The notes under the pieces are model-generated. The model searched no databases. It was not told the origin of the DNA and saw only the letters and a program-made list of their open reading frames with translations. A program made the translations under genes and the position numbers. 64,000 nt of DNA from Bacillales bacterium (GTDB taxonomy: Bacteria > Bacillota_I > Bacilli_A > RFN20 > CAG-449), in contig JAQXGN010000020.1 of assembly GCA_029006735.1 (NCBI GenBank), forward strand, positions 35,902 through 99,901. Reading direction: 5' to 3'. How positions within the stretch are numbered: the stretch's first letter is position 1; the number at the start of each line of letters is the position of its first letter. Positions 21,842-32,562 of the stretch are shown here, one piece after another.

Positions 21842-22204
21842 TTATACTAATGATATTATTTGAGCATCTTGCATAAGTCTTTTCTCTAATGTCTCTATTA
21901 AATGTGTATCAACGTTAATATCTTTCCAAGATGATAGTGGTCTATTAGTAACTATAATTATGCTTCTTGTTTCTTGAAGGAACATCATTAGCTTATATAT
22001 CAAGACAAGTTCATCTTCCGTAGGTGTTAGATAAAACACATCATTGACGATAATTAAATCTGCATTAAAACATTGTTTCAGCATTTCTTCTTTAGCTTTG
22101 ATTCTAGTAAAAAAACATTTAATGTAGATTACTTTTAAGATATTGGATAATAAGTATGTTTTAGAAAACATCAATAATGAATGCATCGAAAAAATTTCTT
22201 CCAT
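21842..22204 (-). mobile_element. IS21-family IstB ATPase fragment (truncated, non-functional)
   Basis: The C-terminal part matches the IstB core (LIIVNDVFYL...SIIIVTNRPLSSWKDIN..THLIETLEKRLMQDAQII). The Walker A half is missing and the N-terminus is junk. Confidence 0.55.
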
Positions 22205-22460
22205 ATTCAGAAAAAATATCTACAAAATAAAGTATGAGTTAAATTCCACCTGGTGTTATTGGGCGAATAAATATAAAAAATGAAGAGCAAAATTTACAAC
22301 TCTCCATTATTCTTTAAGGTGATGTAGGATTTTGACATATACACCATTAATTAAAAATTTACACGACATTGTCTTGCAAATTCATAACGAACAAAAAATA
22401 CTTTGTATTTATATGCATAAAAAAGACACCTTTTTTTACAAGATGTCTCATAAATACAAA

Positions 22461-22537
22461 TGGTGACCTATACGGGATTCGAACCCATGAATGCATGCGT
22501 GAAAGGCATGTGAGTTAAGCCTCTTCTCCAATAGGCC
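22461..22537 (-). tRNA. tRNA-Glu (anticodon UUC)
   Basis: Minus-strand cloverleaf GGCCTAT...ATAGGTCACCA. Anticodon loop CTTTCAC, T-loop GGTTCGAATCC. Close to the B. subtilis tRNA-Glu. Confidence 0.85.
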
Positions 22538-22542
22538 ATAGA

Positions 22543-22618
22543 TGGCGGGACATACAGGACTTGAACCTGTGACACCCTGATTAACAGTCAGGTGCTCTAC
22601 CGACTGAGCTAATGTCCC
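22543..22618 (-). tRNA. tRNA-Asn (anticodon GUU)
   Basis: Minus-strand GGGACATTAGCTCAGTCGGTAGAGCACCTGACTGTTAATCAGG...GTCCCGCCA folds into a canonical cloverleaf. Confidence 0.85.
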
Positions 22619-22690
22619 AAATTGCTTAAGTAATCTCAAGCAAGTAGAATATTACCATAACAGAAATTGTTATGCAACATTTTTTTTAAA

Positions 22691-22915
22691 TTATTTTGAT
22701 TTCTTTTCAATTGCATTTATTACATCTGCAACAGTATTGAAAGCTAGCATTTCATCGTTATCAAATTCGATGCCATATTCATCTTCCATATCCATTAACA
22801 TATCAACAACATCTAATGAATCTAAGCCTAATTCTTTGATGCTGCTATCTAAAGTTACTTCTTTACCATTAACAACTTTTTTAAATCCATGAATTACTTT
22901 TTCTTTAATATCCAT
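22691..22915 (-). CDS. acyl carrier protein (orphan; no fab genes adjacent)
   Basis: 74 aa with phosphopantetheine attachment motif LGLDSLDVVDMLM and an acidic helical profile. Confidence 0.8.
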   Translation of the reverse strand: MDIKEKVIHGFKKVVNGKEVTLDSSIKELGLDSLDVVDMLMDMEDEYGIEFDNDEMLAFNTVADVINAIEKKSK

Positions 22916-23136
22916 ACCTTAATTACATCTCCTTTAATATAAAGTTTACCCTTAAAAGTATATCAAACTGATTAATTTAATACAATAATTTTGATAATTG
23001 AGGACAATATCATATCTCTAATTGCAACAAAAATGCATTTTTAACGCGTATTAATCTTTACATTAAAAAAAATCGACTTGTATAACTAATGAAATGATTA
23101 TATTATTTTATTGGACGCATTTAGAGGTAAAAATAA

Positions 23137-25836
23137 ATGAAAAAAGGATTACTATTCAAAAAGATGTTTAAATGGCTATGCTTAGCTGCATATATCTTAA
23201 GCGCCGGTGTTTTAATCTTTGAATCTTGTTTAAATGGTGATAAATCTTCTAACCAATCAAATGCAGTTGGTGGATCAATCATGGATATAGTCAATGATTT
23301 AAATGGTGATACTAGTAAAAATATCTTACCTAAATTACTATCCATTGATAATAAAATTAATGAAGCATATGTAGGTGATGTATATACTATTAACGCACAT
23401 ATCGAGCCAGAAGAAAGTAAATATCAAGCAATAAACTTTTCTTCATCCAATACTAGTGTTGCTTCGATTAATAATAATGGAGAAATACATTTTCTTTCTA
23501 AAGGACAAGTTACTATAACTGCATTTAATGATACATATACTGATGTTAAAGATGAATTTTCTATTGATGTAAAAGAAGTTTTGGCTACTTCTTTCACTTC
23601 AAAAATAGATAATTGTGAAGTAGATGAAGAAGGAATATATTCTTTATATATTGGAGAAACTTATTCAGTAACAAATATATTTGTTCCAACAAATACAACA
23701 AATAAAAATGTTACATATTCTCTAGATAATACAAGCTATTTATCAATTACAAGTAGTGGTTTAATCACTCCTTTAAAAATATCACAAAATGAAGTCACTA
23801 CCCTAACAGTATCTACGAATGGGTTTACTAATCAATTAAAAATAAAAGTAAAAAACAATATGGAGAATTTTGTCGCATTAAAATCTCTCTCTATTAATGA
23901 TATTTCAATTTGTGTTAGTGAATCAAAAATACCAGTTGTAATAGTTGAGCCATCTAATGCGACTAACTCAACATACACAATAGTATCTAATGATCAAACA
24001 ATTGCAAGAATCAATGGTAAAAATGTTGTCGGTATTAAAGAAGGAACTACTACATTAACTGTTACTTCTAATGATAATCCTTTGATTTCTTCAACTTGTA
24101 CAATAACTGTTAAAAGTAAACCAGAACCTAGTAATATAACCGTGACTTCAAGTATTTTGTTAGTAGAAGGTGGTAAAAAGAAAATAACAGTTTCTGTTAC
24201 TCCTTATTATGCAAATAAAAATAATATTACCTATACCTCATTAGATACCTCAATTGCCACAGTTGATAGTTCTGGTTATGTTAATGGTATAAATGAAGGT
24301 AGTACAACAATCGAAGTGAGATGCGGATCGATAGTTAAAAATGTTAATATAACTGTTACTCCACCAAAAGAGCCAATTGTTATTACAGATTACACCCTAA
24401 ACAAAACAACTATTCCTTCAATAGAGTGTTCTCGTAATTATGATTTATCATCATTAATTTATGTTACAGAATGGATTCCTAGTAAACCAGATTCAACAAA
24501 ATTAACTTACTCATTATATAACCCTCAATTAGGAAGTATTAATGGAACAAACTTAATAATTACTAAACCTTGTACATCTATTATAATTATTGTCGATTAT
24601 CAAGGTATTCAAAAAGAAGTAATTATTCAATATGCATATGAACCAATTAAAATTACAAAAGATGATGTAGAAGTAAGTTCTATTGATGTTAATCCATATG
24701 AAGAATTCGATTTGATTATCAATAATCATGAACTACAAGATTTAACTTTTACAAGTGATAACTATAATTTAAGTATCACAAAAACAGATGAGTCAACTTA
24801 TCATATCTATGTCAAAGATGAAGGTACAACAGTATTAACATTTACACCATTAATTAATAACTATACTATTCCTTCAGGTTATAAAAAAGTAACTATTACT
24901 TCTAAGCATATTAAAGTGGATTACTTAAAAGTCGAAATTTATAAGCAAGAAGATAATAGTTTAATTCAAGAAATTACTGATAACTACAATTTATATGCAA
25001 ATGAGAAATTATATTTAGATTACACAATTAACTCAAACGCAACTATTTCAGAAATAACTTATAAAGTCGATAATGAAAGTATTCTAACAATTGATAATAA
25101 AGGTAATATTATTCCTAAAAAAGCAGGGGTAACAAAAGTAATTATACAAGATAAATATTCAAATATTTCCAAAGAGTTTACCCTCAATGTTTATAATGTT
25201 ATTAGATTTGTTCAAGATGGTTCTTATTCAGTATCTGGACATAATGTAAAGAATAATGATGATGGGTTTATTCTTACTAATGGTTATAGTTATAAATTAC
25301 AGATGAATTTCACAAAAGATACAACTTATAAAGTAGTTAATTATTCTTTATCCGATGAAGATGTTATTTCAATTTCTGAAGGAGGAACAATTACTCCAAT
25401 TAGTAAAGGAAATGCTACAATTCATGTAGTAATTGATGATGGTAAACTAGAACCAATTAAATTTGATATTGAAATCGAAGTTATTGGTAAACCTGCAATT
25501 GAAAACGTCAGTGAATTCTTACATAAAGTTCGTAAACAAATTGGACACTTTGGTGCATTCTTAGTATTTGGTATATTCTCAACATTAACATATATATTAT
25601 TCTTTATTAATAAGAAGAAATTATGGGCAATCACTCTCCCATTCAATATCGCTCAAGGATTTGGGCTAGCCTATTTAACTGAATTCATTCAAAAATTTGT
25701 TCCAGGAAGATATGGTTGTCTATCTGATGTATTATTAGACTTCTATGGATTCTTAATTTCTGCAGTCACAATTAGTGTTGCAACTATCGCATTCTATTTA
25801 ATAAAATATTTCATCAATAAGAAAAAGAAAAGCTAA
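23137..25836 (+). CDS. large surface protein: N-terminal TM anchor, multiple Big_2-type Ig-like repeats, C-terminal VanZ-like membrane domain
   Basis: Repeated ~80-aa Ser/Thr/Asn-rich beta-strand modules typical of Big_2. The C-terminus (HFGAFLVFGIFS...EFIQKFVPGRYGCLSDVLLDFYGFLIS) matches the VanZ family. Confidence 0.7.
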   Translation: MKKGLLFKKMFKWLCLAAYILSAGVLIFESCLNGDKSSNQSNAVGGSIMDIVNDLNGDTSKNILPKLLSIDNKINEAYVGDVYTINAHIEPEESKYQAINFSSSNTSVASINNNGEIHFLSKGQVTITAFNDTYTDVKDEFSIDVKEVLATSFTSKIDNCEVDEEGIYSLYIGETYSVTNIFVPTNTTNKNVTYSLDNTSYLSITSSGLITPLKISQNEVTTLTVSTNGFTNQLKIKVKNNMENFVALKSLSINDISICVSESKIPVVIVEPSNATNSTYTIVSNDQTIARINGKNVVGIKEGTTTLTVTSNDNPLISSTCTITVKSKPEPSNITVTSSILLVEGGKKKITVSVTPYYANKNNITYTSLDTSIATVDSSGYVNGINEGSTTIEVRCGSIVKNVNITVTPPKEPIVITDYTLNKTTIPSIECSRNYDLSSLIYVTEWIPSKPDSTKLTYSLYNPQLGSINGTNLIITKPCTSIIIIVDYQGIQKEVIIQYAYEPIKITKDDVEVSSIDVNPYEEFDLIINNHELQDLTFTSDNYNLSITKTDESTYHIYVKDEGTTVLTFTPLINNYTIPSGYKKVTITSKHIKVDYLKVEIYKQEDNSLIQEITDNYNLYANEKLYLDYTINSNATISEITYKVDNESILTIDNKGNIIPKKAGVTKVIIQDKYSNISKEFTLNVYNVIRFVQDGSYSVSGHNVKNNDDGFILTNGYSYKLQMNFTKDTTYKVVNYSLSDEDVISISEGGTITPISKGNATIHVVIDDGKLEPIKFDIEIEVIGKPAIENVSEFLHKVRKQIGHFGAFLVFGIFSTLTYILFFINKKKLWAITLPFNIAQGFGLAYLTEFIQKFVPGRYGCLSDVLLDFYGFLISAVTISVATIAFYLIKYFINKKKKS

Positions 25837-25839
25837 ATA

Positions 25840-25880
25840 AAACATCACTTCTAGCAAAAAACTAAAAGTGATGTTTTTAT
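25840..25880. terminator. bidirectional rho-independent terminator
   Basis: AAACATCACTT/AAGTGATGTTT, a 10-11 bp stem with A/T runs on both sides. It lies between the convergent surface-protein and ABC exporter genes. Confidence 0.6.
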
Positions 25881-25891
25881 TATATTTTAAT

Positions 25892-27619
25892 TTAACGATT
25901 ATATAGGCTCCTATATTTTCCACCTAATTCCATTAATTGTTCATGTGATCCATGTTCAATTATTTTACCTTCAGCGATAAAATATATTTCATCAGCATTT
26001 TTTATAGTTGATAATCGATGGGCAACAACAATTGTTGTTCTACCTTTTGTTAATTCATTTAATGAATTTTGAATATACGCTTCAGTAACATTATCTAAAG
26101 CAGAAGTAGCTTCGTCTAATATCAAAATAGGTGGGTTTTTGAGGAAAACTCGTGCGATAGATAGTCTTTGTTTTTGTCCTCCAGATAGTTTAATTCCTCT
26201 TTCACCAATATTTGTTTGATATCCGTCTTCTAACGATAAAATATAATCATGGATATTTGCTTTTTTCGCAGCTTCATACACTTCTTCATCTGTCGCATTT
26301 AAATTACCATAACGAATATTTTCAAGAATAGATCCATTAAATAAGAAGACATCTTGTTGAACAATACCAATTGCATTTCTTAATGATTTAAAGGTTAAGT
26401 CATTAATATTATATCCATCAATTGTTATTTTACCTGAACTAACTTTATAAAATAATGGAATAAGATGACATATAGTTGTTTTGCCTCCTCCAGAAGGACC
26501 AACAAAGGCGATTACTTTTCCTTTATCAATTGAAAAAGATACATCGTTCAATACATCTTTTGTTGTTTGATAATCAAAAGAAACATGATCAAAAGAGATA
26601 TTTCCTTCAACATTATCTAAATCGATTGCATCTTCTTTTTCTTCTTCCTCTTTCTCTTCTAATATTTCAATGAATCTTTTAAAACCTGTTACACCATTTT
26701 GATATTGCTCAACAAAATTAATTAATGTTGTTAAAGGAGTAATAAATACTCCAATAGAGACCATAAATGTTGCTAGTTTAGTATATTCTGCAGTTTGTGA
26801 TGAATCTACTCCATTATTAACTGCGTTATAAACAAAAATTGCACCAAAAATAAGCACGACTAAATTGAATAAATTAGTAATAAATTGAGTTGAAGAACCA
26901 AATTGACCCATTGCTTTATAGGCACTAGAACGATTCTTTACATATAATTGATTACCAATTTCAAATTTACGTAATTCTTCTTCATTATTATTAAATGCTT
27001 TAGTAACTCTAATCCCAGTAATTGATGATTCGATGCTGGAATTAATAATCGCGATTGATTTTCTTGATTCTAAGAATGCTTTCATCATCTTTTTTCTTAA
27101 TAAAATAGAGATAGTAACAAGTAAAGGAACACAAGTAAAAGTGATTAAAGTTAATCGCCAATCAATACTAAATAGATAAGCAAAAGAAAGAATAATAGTT
27201 GTTCCACAAATAAAGATATTTTCTGGACCATGATGCGCTAATTCACTAACATCTTGTAAATCATTAGTCATACGAGAAATAATTTTACCTGTTTCATGTT
27301 CATCATAAAAAGAAAATGGTAATCTTTCTAATTTAGCAAACATTTCTTTACGCATATCTGCTTGCATCTTTACACCCATTACATGGCCTTTATATTGTAC
27401 AAAGAAAGTCAAGCCCATTCTAATTAAATAACAAGCTAAAACAATTACGCCAAAGATAACAATTTCGTCAAATCTCTTATTAGGAATACTAGTTTTTAAT
27501 ATTCTATTAGTACATAAAGGATATAATAATCCTATCAATGAGATTAAAAATGATGCAACCATGTCTAAGGCAAATATTTTTTTATATGGTTTATAATAAC
27601 TAATAAATCTTTTTAACAT
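25892..27619 (-). CDS. ABC transporter permease/ATP-binding fusion (type I exporter, MsbA-like)
   Basis: Six-TM N-terminal domain. GPSGGGKTT, LSGGQKQRLSIAR, ILILDEATSALD. The likely start is MLKRFISYY with AAGGAG 8 nt upstream. Confidence 0.9.
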   Translation of the reverse strand: MLKRFISYYKPYKKIFALDMVASFLISLIGLLYPLCTNRILKTSIPNKRFDEIVIFGVIVLACYLIRMGLTFFVQYKGHVMGVKMQADMRKEMFAKLERLPFSFYDEHETGKIISRMTNDLQDVSELAHHGPENIFICGTTIILSFAYLFSIDWRLTLITFTCVPLLVTISILLRKKMMKAFLESRKSIAIINSSIESSITGIRVTKAFNNNEEELRKFEIGNQLYVKNRSSAYKAMGQFGSSTQFITNLFNLVVLIFGAIFVYNAVNNGVDSSQTAEYTKLATFMVSIGVFITPLTTLINFVEQYQNGVTGFKRFIEILEEKEEEEKEDAIDLDNVEGNISFDHVSFDYQTTKDVLNDVSFSIDKGKVIAFVGPSGGGKTTICHLIPLFYKVSSGKITIDGYNINDLTFKSLRNAIGIVQQDVFLFNGSILENIRYGNLNATDEEVYEAAKKANIHDYILSLEDGYQTNIGERGIKLSGGQKQRLSIARVFLKNPPILILDEATSALDNVTEAYIQNSLNELTKGRTTIVVAHRLSTIKNADEIYFIAEGKIIEHGSHEQLMELGGKYRSLYNR

Positions 27620-27623
27620 ATTA

Positions 27624-29774
27624 TCACTCCTTTTTTTCATCTTTACTAGGGAATACAAACTTAAAAGATACATATTTTTGCGTAAAATCTGCGACTAATG
27701 TACAAGAATATGTACTCCCAGTTTTCTTGGAAATTAAATCATCAAATTCCACTTTTCCTTTAGTGAATATTTGTTTTGCCATTGTTTTTGTGATTTTTTT
27801 ATTAATCGCTTGAAATAACTTATTATCTGTAACTAATGTTAAACTACATCCTGAATTAGAACATCGATATCCATAATCAGTTATGGCAATTATTTGTCCA
27901 CAACGAGGACACTTACACAACTGTTTTTCTTTTGCTACTTCAAATATTCTCGGTGGTTTATCTATTTCAAGAAAAGAAACATCTTGATTAAATACATTAT
28001 CTATCTCATTTTCTGCAATCTTAAGAGCTTGATCAATATCAATTTCTCCTCGATAGACCATTTTTAAAGATTTACCTAATTCTGCAGTTTTTTCTTTAGG
28101 AATTAATACTTTCAATTTGTCTAACGTTTCAACATAATATTTACCTAAAGGTTCTAAATGATAAGTATTATCTTTTAAAGAAATATAATTTGATTTACAT
28201 GCATTTTCAATAATACCAGTTCTAGTTGCTTCTGTACCAAGTTCAACCCCTTCAAACATTGCTTTTATTTCTTCAATATCATCTTTTTCTTCACTTTCTT
28301 CTAATTCTTTTAAATCATTTTTAAATGGATTTTTTAAAAAATTATTTAATGTTTCTACTGTAAATCTTTTTGGAGGAGTAGTTTCTTTTTTAACTGGTTT
28401 AAAAAGAATATTTACTTCATCATTTTCTTTTAAATTTGGAAGCAATTTATCTTTCCTTTCATTATCTTCAAAAATTGTCCATCCTTTATTGATAACAATA
28501 TCACCGACAATTTTGAATAATTCAACATTATCTTTTAATTCAATTTCCATTGTCGAGCGAGAAACAACGAGGTTTTCCTTAGAAAACACGGCGAAGAAAC
28601 GATGAACAATTTCTTGATATACCAAATTTTCTTTTTCTGATAATTCAGATTTTTTAGGTATTTTATATGTTGGAGTTAATGCCGAGTGTGATTCAATTTT
28701 AGAATCATCAAAAATTGATTTTGAATCTTTAAATTTGATTTTGACTCCTAAAGAAGCAAAGTTACTAATAATCTCTTTAAACTTATCTTTCTCATTTTCG
28801 GCAAGATATTGAGAAGGTGTTCTTGGATAAGAAACATAGCCTTTTTCATATAAATCTTGCACAATTTGAAGAGATTCATCTAATGACATTTTATATTTTT
28901 TACCTAATACGCCTTGTAATTTTGATAAGGAAAATAGTTTTCCTGGTGGAATAATTTTTTCTTCATTTGATACTTTTTTCACAACGCATTTTAATTTGTT
29001 ATAAGTATCTGCGAGTTGATTTATTTTGTCATATTCATCTTCTTTAAATTCTTTTTTACAAACTAATTCGACAAATTCACCATTTGTTTTTTCTTTGCTA
29101 GACAAAACATAGTACTTTCTTGGTACAAAACTATTAATCGCCATATCTCTATCATATATAGTTTTTACAATTGGAGCGATTACTCTTCCTACTCTTAACA
29201 TCGTATTCGCTTTTATTGAAGCATAACGAGTAAGATTAATTCCATATAACCAATCGACATAAGTTCTAGCTAGTCCCTCATTAGCCAAATTATCAAATTC
29301 TTTATCGTCGCGCATCTTTTCTAATTCTTGTTTTATAGTTTGTGGTGTTTGATCAGGCATCCATAATCTTTTTATTGGTGTATTCTTTTTTAATGCGTAA
29401 GAAATGATTAATCGAACAATGATTTCTCCCTCTCGATCACTATCACCTGCATTAATAATCGCATCACAATCATCACGATTAATTAATTCACGAATTACTT
29501 TATATTGTTTAATTATTCCACTATCTCTTTGTAATCCAAACTTAAATTGTTCTGGATAATATGGTAAATCGTCTAAAGTCCAATGATATTTTTTATCTAC
29601 ACTATAATCATCTTTATACATTTCTATATCATATAAACGAAACAAATGACCAAAAGCATAAGTTACTATATAATCTTTTCCTAGATAATAACCATCTTTT
29701 TTTTGCATATTTAAATCAATCGCATTAGCGATATTTTTGGCTAAAGATGGTTTTTCTGCAATTATTACTTTCAT
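27624..29774 (-). CDS. topB: DNA topoisomerase III (type IA)
   Basis: Toprim N-terminus MKVIIAEKPSLAKNIANAI, a type IA core, and a C-terminal zinc ribbon CKCPRCGQ...CSNSGCS. Confidence 0.85.
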   Translation of the reverse strand: MKVIIAEKPSLAKNIANAIDLNMQKKDGYYLGKDYIVTYAFGHLFRLYDIEMYKDDYSVDKKYHWTLDDLPYYPEQFKFGLQRDSGIIKQYKVIRELINRDDCDAIINAGDSDREGEIIVRLIISYALKKNTPIKRLWMPDQTPQTIKQELEKMRDDKEFDNLANEGLARTYVDWLYGINLTRYASIKANTMLRVGRVIAPIVKTIYDRDMAINSFVPRKYYVLSSKEKTNGEFVELVCKKEFKEDEYDKINQLADTYNKLKCVVKKVSNEEKIIPPGKLFSLSKLQGVLGKKYKMSLDESLQIVQDLYEKGYVSYPRTPSQYLAENEKDKFKEIISNFASLGVKIKFKDSKSIFDDSKIESHSALTPTYKIPKKSELSEKENLVYQEIVHRFFAVFSKENLVVSRSTMEIELKDNVELFKIVGDIVINKGWTIFEDNERKDKLLPNLKENDEVNILFKPVKKETTPPKRFTVETLNNFLKNPFKNDLKELEESEEKDDIEEIKAMFEGVELGTEATRTGIIENACKSNYISLKDNTYHLEPLGKYYVETLDKLKVLIPKEKTAELGKSLKMVYRGEIDIDQALKIAENEIDNVFNQDVSFLEIDKPPRIFEVAKEKQLCKCPRCGQIIAITDYGYRCSNSGCSLTLVTDNKLFQAINKKITKTMAKQIFTKGKVEFDDLISKKTGSTYSCTLVADFTQKYVSFKFVFPSKDEKKE

Positions 29775-29863
29775 TTGTGTACTCCATTTATATAGAAATA
29801 AAAAAGATTATCTGAAAAATTATCTCAAAGTAGAATAATATTTTCTCTAATCTTTTTTTCTTA

Positions 29864-31528
29864 TTATAGCTTAGAAATCGCTAAAGCGATACGATTTTTA
29901 ACTTCTTCTAGTCCTAAAATATTTAAGACATAGTAAATATTTGGTGATTGTTTAGATGATGTCAATGCGATTCTTACCATTTCTGCAACATCACCTATAT
30001 GTCCTAAATATAAATCCTTATTTGCTTTAAAGGCTTTATTATTTTCTGCAAAATGATGTCTTGCAGCAAGTTCTTTCAATCCTGCGAACCATTCTTGTTC
30101 ATTTACTTTATCAAAGTTAGTTGTAGAAGCAAAATCATTTAAAACATTCTTAATCACTTCTTTATCCATATTTGGATTCCAAGGTAATGGTTGTGTCATC
30201 ATATCTAAATAATATTGATTATAAAAGAATTTTACTTTATTCAATATTTCCGAATATTTTTCATAATCTTTTCTTGGATTTTCCTTATCTTTTTCAATAT
30301 TCATTATTTTTGCAAAGTATTCTTCATCAGAAATAATTAAATTATATAACTCTTCACAATATTGTTTTGCCCATTTTTTTGCTTCTTCTTTCATTTTTTC
30401 TCCAGAATAAGAACTTAATAATTCCTTTGAAAAATATCTCAATTTATCAATATCAAATAAAGCTCCATCAAGGCTCATTTTTGCAAATGTGAATTTAAAA
30501 TCTTCTAATTTTAAATCTTTATTTTGAATTTGCCATTCTTCATAATTACTATTTGCAATAGTAAATAAGTATTGTTTTAAAGCGTATACTGGATATCCAT
30601 CTTGTAAGAAGAAGGAGCAAGCAGCTTCACTATCTTTACGTTTTGATAATTTCCTTCTTACACCATTATCCATTTTCATAATTACTGGAACGTGAGCATA
30701 TTTAGGTGCTTCCCAACCCATAGAATTAAATAATTCAAGATGAATTGGTAAACTTGGTAACCATTCTTCACCACGTGATACAATTGTAGTTCTCATAAAA
30801 TGGTCATCAACTAAGTGAGCAAAATGGTATGTAGGTAATCCATCTGATTTATATATAACAATATCTTGATCATTTTCTGATAATTCAAGGTGACCTCTTA
30901 CTAAATCATTTGCTTCAATCTTATTTTCATGATTACCTAATGATCTAAATCTAATAACATATGGTTTTCCTTCTTGAATCAATCTAATTTGTTCATCTAA
31001 AGATAAATTTCTACATCTTGCGTATTCTCCATAATATCCTGGGATTACTTTATTTTCTTCTTGTGTTTTTCTTAATGAATCTAATTCTTCTTTTGTACAA
31101 AAACAAGGATAAGCTCTACCTCTTAAAAGCAAATCTTTAATAACTATTTTGTAAATATCTGCTCTTTTTGATTGAATATATGGGCCATAATCACCTTTTT
31201 CATAACTGCCAAAGTATCCTTCATCGTTTACGACACCAAATACTTTCATTTGTTCAATTAACGATTCACCAGAACCAGAAATTTCTCTTTTAGTATCAGT
31301 ATCTTCAAGACGAATATAAAATATTCCTCCTGATTGATTTGCTACTTTTTGACCAACTAAAGAAGTAAATAAACTACCTGTATGCAAAAAACCAGTTGGA
31401 GAAGGGGCGAAACGAGTAACTTCTGCTCCATCAACTAAATTTCTTTTTGGATATCTTTTTTCTAGATCAGCGACAGTTTCCTTAATATCCGGAAAAATCG
31501 CATTTGCTAAATCTAATACTGTTGACAT
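29864..31528 (-). CDS. gltX: glutamate--tRNA ligase
   Basis: Class I HIGH-type motif FAPSPTGFLHTGS, RLEDTD, and KMSKS-like KLSKRK. Confidence 0.8.
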   Translation of the reverse strand: MSTVLDLANAIFPDIKETVADLEKRYPKRNLVDGAEVTRFAPSPTGFLHTGSLFTSLVGQKVANQSGGIFYIRLEDTDTKREISGSGESLIEQMKVFGVVNDEGYFGSYEKGDYGPYIQSKRADIYKIVIKDLLLRGRAYPCFCTKEELDSLRKTQEENKVIPGYYGEYARCRNLSLDEQIRLIQEGKPYVIRFRSLGNHENKIEANDLVRGHLELSENDQDIVIYKSDGLPTYHFAHLVDDHFMRTTIVSRGEEWLPSLPIHLELFNSMGWEAPKYAHVPVIMKMDNGVRRKLSKRKDSEAACSFFLQDGYPVYALKQYLFTIANSNYEEWQIQNKDLKLEDFKFTFAKMSLDGALFDIDKLRYFSKELLSSYSGEKMKEEAKKWAKQYCEELYNLIISDEEYFAKIMNIEKDKENPRKDYEKYSEILNKVKFFYNQYYLDMMTQPLPWNPNMDKEVIKNVLNDFASTTNFDKVNEQEWFAGLKELAARHHFAENNKAFKANKDLYLGHIGDVAEMVRIALTSSKQSPNIYYVLNILGLEEVKNRIALAISKL

Positions 31529-31539
31529 TGAAATACCTC

Positions 31540-32562
31540 CTATTCATTTGGTTTCATATAGAATCTACCAACTAAAGATTGAACTTTTGTAACTGTAATA
31601 AATGCTTGAGGATCGACTGCTTGAACTACTTTAATTGCACGTTTTGTTTCATATGAAGACAAGACAATATAAATAATTGATTTCTCCATTTTTGTAAATG
31701 CCCCAATACCTTTAACAATTGTCGCAGAGTGTGGGAAATTTGCAATCAATACATCTGCTACTTCAATATTTGAAGTAATTATTTGCAATTGATTCTTTCT
31801 ATTTTTTGTTACTAATGCATCAACTACAACCGATGTAACAAAGAAATATACTAAACTATATAAAGCACATGTTACAAATGCCCAGTTACCTGCATCAATT
31901 CTAGTTAGTAAAGTATAAACGAAAATGATGCAAAAGTTAATTAACATTGATACTTTTCCAATTGATTTATTTGGATTTTTAACTGTAATGAAGACTGATA
32001 CAACATCAACTCCACCATTAGAGTGTCCAGATAGAATCGCAATTGAGCTTGATAAACCAGAACATATACCTGCGAATAACGCTCTTTCAAAGAATCCTAA
32101 ATCAATTCCTGCGATTTCATTCGAATAATAAATATTACATGCTTGTTCTGGTATTAAGTTGACAAATACGAAATATAATAAAACATTAACTACAGTAAAA
32201 AAAGCAAATTTTTTCCCTACCGATTTAAATGCGATAATCGCTATAGGAATATTTGTAATAATATAGAATATTGATTGAATCAAATATCCCATATTTGTAG
32301 GTCCAATTGCTTGATTACCATCAACACCACATATTTCAAATATTAATGTAATGATTTGAGCGATACCAGAAGCTCCTCCTGTAACGATATTTCCATCCGC
32401 ACTAGAAGGATCAACAAATGATTTATAGCCATAAGCATATACTAAGGATGATAATGATGCTGCCATGAACATAAATACGTATTCTAAAAATATTCTTAAC
32501 TTAATATGATCATAGAAATAATCGCTTAATTTCTTTTTAATTTTTTTTAAAAATGTTTTCAT
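31540..32562 (-). CDS. YitT-family membrane protein (DUF161/DUF2179)
   Basis: N-terminal TM region and C-terminal DUF2179-like domain. The likely start is MKTFLKK with RBS AGAGGG. Confidence 0.7.
   Translation of the reverse strand: MKTFLKKIKKKLSDYFYDHIKLRIFLEYVFMFMAASLSSLVYAYGYKSFVDPSSADGNIVTGGASGIAQIITLIFEICGVDGNQAIGPTNMGYLIQSIFYIITNIPIAIIAFKSVGKKFAFFTVVNVLLYFVFVNLIPEQACNIYYSNEIAGIDLGFFERALFAGICSGLSSSIAILSGHSNGGVDVVSVFITVKNPNKSIGKVSMLINFCIIFVYTLLTRIDAGNWAFVTCALYSLVYFFVTSVVVDALVTKNRKNQLQIITSNIEVADVLIANFPHSATIVKGIGAFTKMEKSIIYIVLSSYETKRAIKVVQAVDPQAFITVTKVQSLVGRFYMKPNE

Noticed and set aside
22448-22639. 63-aa ORF (TTG start) on the minus strand
   Set aside because: It lies entirely over tRNA-Glu and tRNA-Asn and is read through the tRNA sequences.
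23121-23345. 74-aa minus-strand ORF at the start of the surface-protein gene
   Set aside because: Overlaps the real N-terminus of the 899-aa gene on the opposite strand and has no supporting signals.
25422-26673. Two small ORFs (25422..25646 minus, 26476..26673 plus)
   Set aside because: Antisense to the surface-protein and ABC exporter genes.
27624-29774. Topoisomerase III as a marker of a conjugative element
   Set aside because: No relaxase, coupling protein, T4SS or integrase nearby. Flanked by housekeeping genes (ABC exporter, gltX), so more likely chromosomal topB.
31925-32128. 67-aa plus-strand ORF
   Set aside because: Antisense to YitT.
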